A DNA stretch of 64,000 nucleotides, taken from positions 1 through 64,000 of the forward strand of contig CAZOYD010000005.1 of assembly GCA_964583985.1 (NCBI GenBank), given 5' to 3'. The position numbers and the translations under genes were made by a program. Of the stretch, positions 36,913 through 46,838 are shown piece by piece. Position 1 is the first letter of the stretch, and every line of letters starts with the position of its first letter. This DNA is from an uncultured archaeon (GTDB taxonomy: Archaea; Asgardarchaeota; Lokiarchaeia; Sigyniarchaeales; SOKP01). The notes under the pieces were generated by a model. It searched no databases and was not told where the DNA came from. It saw only the letters and a program-made list of their open reading frames with translations.

Positions 36913-37017
36913 GTTTGTTAGAAACCTAAAATATTATGCATAATAAATGAATATAATATGGAATATGCTATTTTAGATAAATTTTTCTGTTATATCCAAA
37001 AAAATGAGGAAAAAATA

Positions 37018-38346
37018 TTAATAAAATTTCAAGTATTCATATGCTTTATTGTGTGTATCAAAACAATATTTTATTTCTTGGAAACCTTTTCGAAAATCAA
37101 TAACGTCTTCTTTTACCTTTTTTGGATCTTTCTTGTCAATCACGATCTTTTTAATCAATTCCGCAATATCAGTCATTTCACTTTTTCCCATCCCTAACCT
37201 AGTAACTTCAGAAGTTCCGATTCTCAAACCACCAGGGTTCTGATAATGTCTCCCTTCGGTAAGATCACGAGGAAGTAAGTTTCTATTCAAAATTATATTG
37301 CTGGATTCCAATAATTTCTCGATGTCTCCACCTAATCCAATAGTTTTTTCAAGATCGGCAACATCAACCAATATTTGATGAGATTCCGTGAAACCTTTAT
37401 GTTCCATTAAAACTGATAACCCTCTCTCATTAAGTGCTTGTCCAAGAGCTTTTGCATTGTCAATTACTTTCTTATGATACTCTTTTCCAAATTCAAGCAT
37501 TTCGGCATAAGCAATAGCTAAGCCAGCTACATTATGCAAGTGATGATTAGATAAAAGTGCTGGAAAAGCGCTAGATCTTAGTCTCTCAACTAAATCTTCT
37601 CTATTCGAAACCAATGTACCATGCTGAGGACCAGGTAGAGTTTTATGTGTGCTCATAGTCATTACATCTACTCCTTCTCTTAAAGGATCTTGAAAGTATC
37701 CTGACCCGATTAAACCTGCAACGTGAGCGGCATCATATCCGACATAAGCTCCCACTTCCTTGGCGACGTTACTGAGTTCTTTTACAGGATGTGGAAATAA
37801 AAACACGGATCCTCCAAATAATACCAGTTCGGGTTCAAATTCCCTAATAATTTTAGCGGATCCATCTATGTCTAAGTTCATTTCATCATTATCAAACGCA
37901 AGATATTCAATATTTAAACCTCTTGTAGTCCCAGCAGTCCCAAAAATTTCTCGTCCACTTTTTGCGAATCGTGGACCATGAGAAATGTGTCCTCCTCGCA
38001 TAATTGACATGCAACACATTTTTCCATTATTATCTGAAGTGCAAGCGTTATACATCGTTAAATTTGCTACAACTCCAGAGATTGGTCGAACATCGGCATG
38101 AATAGATTTAAAGTATTTATTCGCTAAATCCATGCATATATCCTCAATCTTATCAATATAACGACACCCTGCGTATACTCTTTCTCCGCTCCAACCCTCT
38201 GCGTAGCGATGGCTAAAATCTGAATTACAAGCTTCATCAACTGCATGACTTGTAATGTTTTCTGAAGCAATTAATGGTATGGACTTACTAAACCAATCGT
38301 GATGTTCCATTAAGTTCTCTCGAATTTCAGCAACAATATTCTTCAT
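37018..38346 (-). CDS. glyA: Serine hydroxymethyltransferase (archaeal type)
   Basis: LIASEN, RYAEG, GGHISH, DAAHVAGL, STHKTLPGP (PLP lysine) and GLRIGT. Confidence 0.96.
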   Translation of the reverse strand: MKNIVAEIRENLMEHHDWFSKSIPLIASENITSHAVDEACNSDFSHRYAEGWSGERVYAGCRYIDKIEDICMDLANKYFKSIHADVRPISGVVANLTMYNACTSDNNGKMCCMSIMRGGHISHGPRFAKSGREIFGTAGTTRGLNIEYLAFDNDEMNLDIDGSAKIIREFEPELVLFGGSVFLFPHPVKELSNVAKEVGAYVGYDAAHVAGLIGSGYFQDPLREGVDVMTMSTHKTLPGPQHGTLVSNREDLVERLRSSAFPALLSNHHLHNVAGLAIAYAEMLEFGKEYHKKVIDNAKALGQALNERGLSVLMEHKGFTESHQILVDVADLEKTIGLGGDIEKLLESSNIILNRNLLPRDLTEGRHYQNPGGLRIGTSEVTRLGMGKSEMTDIAELIKKIVIDKKDPKKVKEDVIDFRKGFQEIKYCFDTHNKAYEYLKFY

Positions 38347-38520
38347 TTTAATTTCATCTTTCTTAATTTGGTAAACTTGTAGAAAATTTATTATGTAATT
38401 TTAATAAATCATAATAAAAAAATAAATCGAACCAATAAATTTCATCAAATTTTAATAAGGGAGACGTTCATGTATATTAAAATAAAAATTATGATTGATT
38501 TTGTTGAATATTGATGAAGT

Positions 38521-38811
38521 TTGCGGCAAAAAGCAATTAATTTTATATTAATATTAGGTATAGCCTTTACGAGTGTGATTATTCTTTATTGGAGAATAAC
38601 TATTGAAAGCGAAAATGATAATGCTAATCAACCCTCCATTATTACTAGTTATTATCCATTAATAAATCCTCAGATAAATGAAACAGAAATTCAAGAGTTT
38701 AATATTAGTGCTATTGATCCAGATGGTGAATATCTAACATTTGGACGGTATCTCAATGGAACTGGGGTTAGTGGGAATTTAACTTCCTTTAATTATTCAA
38801 TTTACCCATGA
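38521..38811 (+). CDS. Short membrane-anchored protein with a single, possibly truncated, Ig/cadherin-like domain
   Basis: N-terminal TM/signal segment, then NQPSIITSYYP...INETE..EFNISAIDPDGEYL...LNG with several N-x-S/T sequons. Ends abruptly. Confidence 0.55.
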   Translation: MRQKAINFILILGIAFTSVIILYWRITIESENDNANQPSIITSYYPLINPQINETEIQEFNISAIDPDGEYLTFGRYLNGTGVSGNLTSFNYSIYP

Positions 38812-38820
38812 ATAAATTGA

Positions 38821-39747
38821 TTAATCTCTTGATTCTAAAATCAATCGAGCTTCATATAAATTCAATCGTTTTCCTGCTTTCTGCTTCTCCAAGGCAGTAG
38901 CTAATTTATCTTCTTTAAGTTTTTGGAGTTCATCATTCTTCTCTTTATTGTATTTGTATGATTTTTGAAATTTCTCAGGTTTCTTATTGCGAGTATTCTG
39001 AACTTTCCTCTTAGATACTGTTTTCCTCTGATTCATGACCTTTAAAAATTGCTCATGATACGCATCAGCAGCTTTCTTGTTGTTAATTAATTCTTCTTCT
39101 GTTTTCTTCTTCTTTTCTTTTAGTTCATTTATTCGATCGTAGACTTCTTGGAGTTTTGAATGATAATTTTGAGATTTATTTGACCATTTGGTCAATTGCT
39201 CATATATCTTGTTTAAATTGATTTTAACTATTTGGATTTTTCGTTCGATTTTAAAGAATTCAGAATTTTTCTGTTCTGCCAAGTAATCTTGCTTAGCTTC
39301 TGTCAATTCTCCAATTTTATCAATAATTGAGTTTTCTTCAGCAATATCCAACTTTTCAGTCTCGATAACTCTTTCTAAGTTCTCAATTTTGCGATCAATT
39401 TGCTTGATGGACGAGAAATTATTATTAGATTTTTTATCTTTTCTGAATTCTTTCTGAAGGGCTTTCCGCTCCTCTAAGCAAGAATCAAGAATTGATTTAT
39501 ACTCATTCTTTTTCTCTTTGAGTATTTTTACTTTCTCATTCCAATAGTCTCTTTTCTTTTTGTAATTTTCCTTTGATACTTTGAGCAAATTATCAATCTC
39601 TGTATCAATCTCTTGTAAACTAGTTATAAAATCTTTTGTTTTTTTATTTAATTCATCCCTTTTCTCTCGAAAGTCCTCAATCTGTAGTTGTAATCCTTTA
39701 AATGAGTTCCTAGAAGGTTGAGATGCGCTATTATTATCTTTACTCAT
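38821..39747 (-). CDS. Archaeal long coiled-coil protein (COG1340-like)
   Basis: REKRDELN, IENLER.IET..L....E, ADAYHE and terminal GKRLNLYE. Heptad-rich throughout. Confidence 0.75.
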   Translation of the reverse strand: MSKDNNSASQPSRNSFKGLQLQIEDFREKRDELNKKTKDFITSLQEIDTEIDNLLKVSKENYKKKRDYWNEKVKILKEKKNEYKSILDSCLEERKALQKEFRKDKKSNNNFSSIKQIDRKIENLERVIETEKLDIAEENSIIDKIGELTEAKQDYLAEQKNSEFFKIERKIQIVKINLNKIYEQLTKWSNKSQNYHSKLQEVYDRINELKEKKKKTEEELINNKKAADAYHEQFLKVMNQRKTVSKRKVQNTRNKKPEKFQKSYKYNKEKNDELQKLKEDKLATALEKQKAGKRLNLYEARLILESRD

Positions 39748-39996
39748 GAATAGAATCTTAATCGAGTAATTATAAAGAAGATTATACTAAACAATTATAT
39801 ATTTCAATTTTCCATATATTTTATATTTTTTGTAATAGATATAAAAATCAAATTTTATTACTATTTAAAGACATATCTGTCAAAAATGTGAATTTTGGAA
39901 AAAATTAGAGCATGAATCTAAAATCAATCATTTTTAAAAAGTTAAAGCATTATTCTATAAATAGTAGCATTAAACTTTATTGAAAATCAATAAATA

Positions 39997-40863
39997 ATGA
40001 GCGCTGAATTAATACAAGATAATGATCTTGTTTATTTAATCTTGGACGAACGAAGAAGATGGCTTTTACAAGTAGAAAAAGGAAAAGAATTTCATTCAGA
40101 TAGAGGCATCATTAAATTTGATGATATTATTGGAGAAACATTTGGTACGGTAGTATTTTCGCATCCACACGATACTCAAGGCTACAAATTTTATGTTTTA
40201 AAACCTTTACTCGCTGATTATGTAATATACATGGGAAGAAAAACCCAAATCATCTATCCTGAGGACGCTGGACTTATCATAATGTATTCTGGAATTAAAC
40301 CTGGTAGCAAGGTAATTGAAGCAGGATGCGGTTCTGGAGCTTTATCGTGCATATTAGGAACTTTCGTCCAACCAACTGGTCATGTTTATTCATATGACAT
40401 TAGAGAAAAAAGCTTGCGGACAGCAGAGAGAAATGTCAAAAGAGCAAATTTACAAGAAATCGTCTCAATTAAGAATGGAGATATTCTTATGGATGAATTG
40501 GCTCATGAAAATGTTGATTCTGTTATATTAGATATGCCTCAACCATGGGAGGCAATTTCTAAAGTAAAAAATTATTTAAAACTATCCGGAACTTTAGTCT
40601 CTTTTTCACCTACAATCGAGCAAGTTAAGAAAACAACATTTGCTTTGCAAAATAATGATTTCACAGAGATCTATTCCTATGAATTGATTAAAAGAGCCCT
40701 ACAAGTAAAAGAAAACGCAACAAGACCTCAAGTAAGAATGATCGGTCATACAGGATATATAACTGTAGGAAGGAAGATTTTAGATCTAAAAAATCCGTAT
40801 AGAGAGAGAAAACCTAAAAATTTTGAAAAAGTCTCCTTAGAAGGGATGCCTTTAAAAGAGTGA
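39997..40863 (+). CDS. trmI: tRNA (adenine-N1)-methyltransferase TrmI
   Basis: RKTQIIYPED, EAGCGSGAL, LDMPQPW, FSPTIEQV and RP...MIGHTGY. Confidence 0.94.
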   Translation: MSAELIQDNDLVYLILDERRRWLLQVEKGKEFHSDRGIIKFDDIIGETFGTVVFSHPHDTQGYKFYVLKPLLADYVIYMGRKTQIIYPEDAGLIIMYSGIKPGSKVIEAGCGSGALSCILGTFVQPTGHVYSYDIREKSLRTAERNVKRANLQEIVSIKNGDILMDELAHENVDSVILDMPQPWEAISKVKNYLKLSGTLVSFSPTIEQVKKTTFALQNNDFTEIYSYELIKRALQVKENATRPQVRMIGHTGYITVGRKILDLKNPYRERKPKNFEKVSLEGMPLKE

Positions 40864-40871
40864 TGGGTGAA

Positions 40872-41294
40872 TTAAAATCCTTTTAATTTGACACCTGTCT
40901 GCATTTCTTTTTTCTTTTTGTATCTCTGAGTTTTAAAAAAATTACGTCCTTTTTCTGGTAAAATTTCCATGTACTTCCTGAGAACATCTTCAACGAAGTC
41001 CCTTGTTGGCTTGTTAGCTATTTTACTTGGATTTGTTAGAAAAGATAAGATCTCTTGATCTTTTGAATCTGGAGATATTCCCAAATTCTTAATGGGTATG
41101 TGAAATGAATGAGTAAACCACCCAACAGTTTTTTCATCATGTGCAATAACACGCAAGATATTAGCATCTCCTTTTTTAATTTTAAAATCAATTATTTTCT
41201 TGCCAGGCCTTACGATAATAGTGGCATAAAGAGGAATCTCATTCTTTGGGTCGTGTATTTTTTTTAAGAATTTTTTGAGTTTATCATCACTCAT
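40872..41294 (-). CDS. Hypothetical protein
   Basis: Clean 140-aa ORF filling the gap between genes. No family recognised. Confidence 0.65.
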   Translation of the reverse strand: MSDDKLKKFLKKIHDPKNEIPLYATIIVRPGKKIIDFKIKKGDANILRVIAHDEKTVGWFTHSFHIPIKNLGISPDSKDQEILSFLTNPSKIANKPTRDFVEDVLRKYMEILPEKGRNFFKTQRYKKKKEMQTGVKLKGF

Positions 41295-41405
41295 GTTATT
41301 TCAGATAGTAAAGATCTTATATATTAATTGTATTAATGATTTATCTCTCAAAAAACTTTTCAAAGTAAATATCTTATTTTCTTTAATAAAAAAGAATGAT
41401 AATAT

Positions 41406-41840
41406 TTGATGTTCAAAATGACTGTTAAATTAATGACTTTTGAAATACATTCAAATCCTTTTTGCGATTTAATAGATATTACCAACCAAGTTCAAGATGC
41501 AGTTAATAATAGCGATATACTTAACGGAATCGTCAATGTTCATGTTGCTGGATCGACAGCTGCGATTTCAACAATCGAATTTGAACCCGGATTGGTTAAA
41601 AGCGATATAAAAGAATTTTTAGAAAATATCATACCATATAAACGTGAATACAAGCATCATCGGACTTGGGGTGACCATAATGGTTCAGGTCATGTCAGAA
41701 GTTTTCTTATAAAAACCTCTGAGACCTTTCCTTTTCAAAAAGGAAAGTTAATTTTAGGCAACTGGCAACAGATTATCTTCTGTGAATTTGACGAAAAGCC
41801 TCGCCGACGCACAATTTATTGCCAAATTATTGGGGAATGA
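41406..41840 (+). CDS. yjbQ: YjbQ/UPF0047 family protein
   Basis: DITNQV, GSTAAI...EPGL, YKHH...NGSGH and LGNWQQI..EFD. Confidence 0.92.
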   Translation: MMFKMTVKLMTFEIHSNPFCDLIDITNQVQDAVNNSDILNGIVNVHVAGSTAAISTIEFEPGLVKSDIKEFLENIIPYKREYKHHRTWGDHNGSGHVRSFLIKTSETFPFQKGKLILGNWQQIIFCEFDEKPRRRTIYCQIIGE

Positions 41841-41843
41841 ATG

Positions 41844-42068
41844 TTATGTATTCTTTTGAATTATATTTGTAAATTCTTCAACCAATAAAGTATATACATC
41901 CCTACGACGCATATCATCAAATTCATCAATCATCTTTATGATCTTGGATTTTTTTTCATTTATCTCTGACTCAAATGAAGGGATTTTTCTGATGAATTGC
42001 TCGCTCCTATTCTTTATGCTAATTTGATATTCTAAATATTGTAAAAAATTGCTATTTTTTCCTTCCAT
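41844..42068 (-). CDS. Short helical hypothetical protein, possibly a gene remnant
   Basis: 74-aa ORF. The frame stays open for about 36 more codons upstream, beyond one TAA. Confidence 0.4.
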   Translation of the reverse strand: MEGKNSNFLQYLEYQISIKNRSEQFIRKIPSFESEINEKKSKIIKMIDEFDDMRRRDVYTLLVEEFTNIIQKNT

Positions 42069-42284
42069 TATTTGTACCTTTCCAATTTAATTCACTTGAC
42101 GATATGAAAATAGCTGGTTAATTAAAATGGGAGTATTATTTACATGACTCGTCATTAACATTGGAATATTATCAAAAGAATACGCGTGATCTTGCTTCTA
42201 AACACGAAGAACATAAGATTAAAAATAATGAATTTTACTTGATAATAAAATATTCGAAAATAACCAAGTATCTTAAAATTTAGC

Positions 42285-43229
42285 GTGAAGTGTATGGAAG
42301 AATTTTACAAAGTAATTATTTCTGGACTAGATAACGCAGGAAAAACGTCAATATTAACAGCGTTAGATAAAAAATATGATTTTAACAAGGAAATTGTTGC
42401 TCTAAAGCCCACCATTAGAGTGGAATATCATGCAACCCAATTTTTAAAAAATCGAATAGTTTTCTGGGATATGGGAGGACAAACTAAGTTTCGAGAGTTA
42501 TACCAAAAGAAGCAAGATCTTTATTTCGCTGGGACTGATTTAATGGTATATGTAATAGATATTCAAGATGAGGACAGATTAAATACCTCCTTGGAATATT
42601 TGGATTCCATTTTACATCATTTTATGAAAAATAAATTGGATATTCCCTTGATAATTTCCTTTCATAAGTATGATCCAGAAATAAGGGCAAAAGAGAAGAC
42701 GATTAGCATAATTAATGAGTTAAAAGAACGGATTAGTGAAAAATATCCTTCTTTTAAGATTTTATTCCAACTAACATCAATCTATGATATTATTTCTATC
42801 GTCCAATTAATTTCATACGGGTTGTCTATCTTTGATGACAAATTTTATGATCTCTCAGAATTATTGGAAAATTATTTAAATGAATTTAATTGCACTTCAT
42901 TGATTGTTTTTGATAAAAATGGGATTATCATAAGTGAATACTACAGCGAATTAGTTGAACCTGAGATATACATTGAACTTATCGAATCTATTAAGGATCA
43001 CCTCTTTCTCCTTAAAAGAATGTTGGAAGAATCATATGAGACTGATTATAATTTTTCTAATGTTGGAAAAAACTTGCTTTCATATCTTCACAGAATTGAA
43101 ATTGCTGATAATTCACTGTTTATCTCAGTGATTATTAAAGAATCGCTGAAAGAAGAATTTCTGGAGAAATTTTCTGATTTTCTGAATGAACTTAAAAAGT
43201 TATTAATACCGCTTTTAAGTCAAAATTAA
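42285..43229 (+). CDS. Arf/Rag-like small GTPase with C-terminal roadblock/longin-like domain
   Basis: GLDNAGKTS, PT, WDMGGQ and HKYD. C-terminal SLIVFDKNGIIISEY roadblock-like hairpin. Likely start ATG 42294. Confidence 0.85.
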   Translation: MKCMEEFYKVIISGLDNAGKTSILTALDKKYDFNKEIVALKPTIRVEYHATQFLKNRIVFWDMGGQTKFRELYQKKQDLYFAGTDLMVYVIDIQDEDRLNTSLEYLDSILHHFMKNKLDIPLIISFHKYDPEIRAKEKTISIINELKERISEKYPSFKILFQLTSIYDIISIVQLISYGLSIFDDKFYDLSELLENYLNEFNCTSLIVFDKNGIIISEYYSELVEPEIYIELIESIKDHLFLLKRMLEESYETDYNFSNVGKNLLSYLHRIEIADNSLFISVIIKESLKEEFLEKFSDFLNELKKLLIPLLSQN

Positions 43230-43360
43230 ATTATTCTTCTCCATTGATATATTTCTTTTTTCTCTTTTGAATACTTGATCTTAGTGAAAAATCCTAAAAC
43301 CTAAAAAATAGGAAATATTATCAAATAAAAATAGAACTGAAATTTATTGCTGATACGATA

Positions 43361-44515
43361 ATGTCCGATTTTATAGTCACTCCATGGGAAGTTTCTGGAG
43401 AGGTAGATTATGATCAACTGATAAAAGAATTTGGAATAGAGCCAATTGATGATCAGTTATTGCTTAATTTGAAGAAAGTGACGAATGAGCTTCATCCCTT
43501 TCTAACGAGAAAAATTTTTTTTGCTCATCGAGATTTAAATTGGATATTAGATGAGTATCAAAAAGGAAATCCCTTCTATCTATATACGGGGAGGGGTCCA
43601 TCTGGAAATGTCCATTTAGGTCATGTCATGCCTTGGATATTTACAAAGTGGCTTCAAGATAAATTTGATGTGGAACTATGGTTTCAACTAACAGACGATG
43701 AGAAATTTTTATTTAACCAATCGCTTTCAATGGAAGATGCTTATAAATTTTCATATGATAACGCTTTAGATATCATTGCTTTGGGATTTGATCCTAAAAG
43801 GACTTTTATCTTTTCAGATATTGATCTCGCGGGAACTCTCTATAAAAATGCCTTAAAAATTTCGAAGAAAATTACCTTTTCTACCATAAAAGCTACTTTT
43901 GGATTTGATAATAGTGCTAATATTGGTCAAATTTTTTATACCAGTATTCAAACTGTCCCAGCTATAATCAAGAGCATAATTGAAAATAAAAATGTTCCTT
44001 GTGTGATTCCTCACGCTGTTGATCAAGATCCTCATTTTCGGTTATCAAGAGACGTTTTACCAAAATTAGGTTATTACAAACCAGCTTCCATACAATGTAT
44101 CTTTCTGCCAAGTCTTCAACAAGGAGGAAAAATGTCTGCTTCTATGGAACATACCGCGATTTTCACAAAAGATACACCCGATATTGTTAAGAAAAAAGTA
44201 AATAATGCCTTTACAGGTGGTCAAGCAAGTGCAAAAATTCAAAGAGAATTAGGAGGAAATCCTTCAATATGTTCGGTTTACAAGTATCATTTTATGCTTT
44301 TCACTTTAGATGATGATGAAATCAAAAAAATTCAAACAAGATGCGTTGGTGGAGATCTTTTATGTGGGGAGTGTAAATCTAACCTTATCCAAAAGATAAA
44401 TGGCTTTCTCAAAAAACACCAAGAACAAAGAGAAAAAGCAAAAGATGTATTAGATGATTATTTACTCAATGAGAAGATTGATTTAAGATCAATGATAAAT
44501 GAAAAGATTAAATAA
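43361..44515 (+). CDS. trpS: Tryptophanyl-tRNA synthetase (archaeal/eukaryotic type)
   Basis: VTPWEV, YTGRGPS..VHLGH, TDDEKFL, DQDPHFR, KMSAS and AFTGG. Confidence 0.97.
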   Translation: MSDFIVTPWEVSGEVDYDQLIKEFGIEPIDDQLLLNLKKVTNELHPFLTRKIFFAHRDLNWILDEYQKGNPFYLYTGRGPSGNVHLGHVMPWIFTKWLQDKFDVELWFQLTDDEKFLFNQSLSMEDAYKFSYDNALDIIALGFDPKRTFIFSDIDLAGTLYKNALKISKKITFSTIKATFGFDNSANIGQIFYTSIQTVPAIIKSIIENKNVPCVIPHAVDQDPHFRLSRDVLPKLGYYKPASIQCIFLPSLQQGGKMSASMEHTAIFTKDTPDIVKKKVNNAFTGGQASAKIQRELGGNPSICSVYKYHFMLFTLDDDEIKKIQTRCVGGDLLCGECKSNLIQKINGFLKKHQEQREKAKDVLDDYLLNEKIDLRSMINEKIK

Positions 44516-44573
44516 TTTTAAGAAATATTGGAATATTCATTTTTCAAAGAAAGATTTAAAGCATACACAAGAA

Positions 44574-44591
44574 TATTGAACTTTTTCAATA
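44574..44591. promoter_or_regulatory. Perfect inverted repeat TATTGAA-N4-TTCAATA, candidate Lrp operator
   Basis: Lies about 45 bp upstream of a TATA-like TTTAAATA (44635) in front of an Lrp gene. Confidence 0.4.
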
Positions 44592-44696
44592 CTTAATAAT
44601 AATACTTATTATTTTTTCACGAAAATGGGTAGACTTTAAATATTTTTCAAAATATAATATATTGTTATTTTGCGATTAGCACTCAAGGGTTAAATA

Positions 44697-45212
44697 ATGG
44701 TACCTACAAATCCAAATCAAAAAAAAAATGTGAAGAAGGAAAAATTACTTGATAAAATTGATAGAAACATTATAAGAATTCTGCAGAAAAATGCTAAAAC
44801 TTCCTATAGAGAAATTCAAGAAAAGTTAGGCATATCGATTGGTACAATCCATAATAGAATCACTAAACTCGAGGAGAGCCAAATCATTGAAGGATATACC
44901 ATTAATCTTAACAACATAAAACTTGGATATAAATTCACCTTTCTCATTCGAGTTCAAATTGATGGTAAGCATACTTCAGAAATTTTGGAAGGATTTAAAG
45001 AAAAACCCGAGGTTTGCTCGATTTTTCACACAACCGGTGAGCAATCTGCAGCGTTAATTTGCAGATTTAAAGAACCTGAAAATGTTCACGATTTTATCAG
45101 ATCTATCAATGAAGAACAATGGGTTACCAAGACTACATCTAACATGGTTTTAAAGGAATATAAGAACACTTCCTCGATAAAACTTCCTAAAGAACCTACT
45201 GAGGAAGTTTAG
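44697..45212 (+). CDS. Lrp/AsnC-family transcriptional regulator
   Basis: LDKIDRNIIRILQKNAK.SYREI...GTIHNRITKLEE wHTH followed by a RAM domain (TTGE). Confidence 0.92.
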   Translation: MVPTNPNQKKNVKKEKLLDKIDRNIIRILQKNAKTSYREIQEKLGISIGTIHNRITKLEESQIIEGYTINLNNIKLGYKFTFLIRVQIDGKHTSEILEGFKEKPEVCSIFHTTGEQSAALICRFKEPENVHDFIRSINEEQWVTKTTSNMVLKEYKNTSSIKLPKEPTEEV

Positions 45213-45449
45213 TCATTTCTTTTTGATCTTGATCAAATAATCTTCTCCTTCTGATTTAAATTCGAGCACTTCATGCCCCTGAGATTCTACAAATCTTTTG
45301 ATATTTTCACCCGCTTCGCTGAAATCCCCTTTTACCTCAAGAATTTCTCCACAATCCATTGAATTGAGCATTTTTTTTGTTTGAGCTACTGGTAAGGGAC
45401 AGACAAGATCCGAACAATCTAAAATTTTTGATCTGGTTATTATATCCAC
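45213..45449 (-). CDS. tusA: TusA/SirA-family sulfur carrier
   Basis: LDCSDLVCPLPV motif and GEILEV. Confidence 0.88.
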   Translation of the reverse strand: MDIITRSKILDCSDLVCPLPVAQTKKMLNSMDCGEILEVKGDFSEAGENIKRFVESQGHEVLEFKSEGEDYLIKIKKK

Positions 45450-45459
45450 CTCTTTAAAA

Positions 45460-45819
45460 TCAGCAAAATATTACATTATCCGCACTTACACACATCTCTA
45501 AAAATCCACTCATCGTGGTCTTGGCACATCCAGGCAATAATTCCTCATCTAACATTCCTCTTGCTTTCATGCAAACTCCACAAACAAGTACTTTTGCCCC
45601 TTCATCGATTACATCCATTAACCATTTTCCTACATTATCATAGCTCTTTGGGTCTTGTCCTTTTTTTCCAACCCAAATACCATCTTCTACTAAAAAAATA
45701 TTGACTTTATGCCCCTCTAATAAAGCAGTATAGGCAAATCTAAGTAAAGTATAAGGTCTTTCTTTTGTATACTGACCTGAACCGATTGCAATTGTAAAAA
45801 CTTTCTTTTTCTCAGACAA
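45460..45819 (-). CDS. DsrE/DsrF-family sulfur relay protein
   Basis: NIFLVEDGI, CGVCMKARG and ADNVI. Start placed at TTG 45819 behind AGAGGA. Confidence 0.88.
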   Translation of the reverse strand: MSEKKKVFTIAIGSGQYTKERPYTLLRFAYTALLEGHKVNIFLVEDGIWVGKKGQDPKSYDNVGKWLMDVIDEGAKVLVCGVCMKARGMLDEELLPGCAKTTMSGFLEMCVSADNVIFC

Positions 45820-45946
45820 TTTAATTCTAATCCTCTTAAAAGTATCTAATAAATACTTTAATTTTAGCACATATTAATTTTTTCGTATAGATTTATTAAA
45901 ATTATCGATAAATTAAAAAATGTTTAATCTATTCATCACTTAAGCA

Positions 45947-46837
45947 ATGAATATCGAATTTTTGAGGACTTTTATATTTCTTGCAGAGGATAAAAGTTTT
46001 TCTAAACTTGCTAAAAGATTAAAAATATCTCAGAGCACATTATCTCATCGAATTTCACAAATAGAAAGTGAATTTGGAGGGACTAAATTTATCAATAGAA
46101 CTACTCGAAAGTTTGAATTAACTGAGGACGGTTCTATCTTCCTTGAATATGCCAAGGCAATTATTGAATTATATGATAGAGGTAAGAAAAAATTAGTAAA
46201 ATACAGTGATTCTGTCGCTGAAAATATTACCATTTCAGCTTCAACGCTTCCAGGGTCACATATTTTGCCAAAATATGTTGCTCAATTTAGAGAACAATAT
46301 CCTAATTCTAATTTTAAAATAATAATTAATAATTCTGAGGAATCTTTAGAATTAATTACAAAAAATCAAGTAGATTTTGCAGGTATTGGGAGTTTTATGG
46401 AATATACAAGAGAGAATTTTGATATAATAAAAATTGGAGAAGAACATTTAAAATTTGTTTGTTCCCCTAATCATAACCTCGTAACAAAGAATCAACCAAT
46501 CCCCTTTAAAGAATTGATAAAATTTCCGTTTATAAGTCGAGAGAAGGGATCCGGAACTCGTGAAACTTTTGAACATGATTTTCTCGAGCACCATAAGTTA
46601 GATATCAAATTAGTCATGGATAATAATGATTCGATCATATCTGCAATTAATGAATCCGATTATATCTCTGTTCTTAGTGAAACAATAGCACAAAAAGCCG
46701 TCAATGCTAAACTTATTACATTCTTAGAAATTGAAGAATATCCAAGTATTGCTTCTCGAGATATTTATTTTATCAAACCTAAAGAAAAGGAACTTTCAAT
46801 TTTAAAGAAAAAATTCTGGGAAACCTTAATAAAATAA
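45947..46837 (+). CDS. LysR-family regulator (CysL/YeiE-like)
   Basis: SFSKLAKRLKISQSTLSHRI HTH, ASTLPG.HILP and REKGSGTR. Confidence 0.9.
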   Translation: MNIEFLRTFIFLAEDKSFSKLAKRLKISQSTLSHRISQIESEFGGTKFINRTTRKFELTEDGSIFLEYAKAIIELYDRGKKKLVKYSDSVAENITISASTLPGSHILPKYVAQFREQYPNSNFKIIINNSEESLELITKNQVDFAGIGSFMEYTRENFDIIKIGEEHLKFVCSPNHNLVTKNQPIPFKELIKFPFISREKGSGTRETFEHDFLEHHKLDIKLVMDNNDSIISAINESDYISVLSETIAQKAVNAKLITFLEIEEYPSIASRDIYFIKPKEKELSILKKKFWETLIK

Positions 46838-46838
46838 C

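Noticed and set aside
42069-42284. Possible short ORFs on both strands between the 74-aa ORF and the GTPase
   Set aside because: Both strands have 35-50 open codons but no convincing start, RBS or motif, so I cannot tell which, if either, is coding.
45460-45465. DsrE ending in Cys-TGA as a C-terminal Cys-Sec motif
   Set aside because: DsrE proteins normally end at this position, and the tusA RBS follows immediately.
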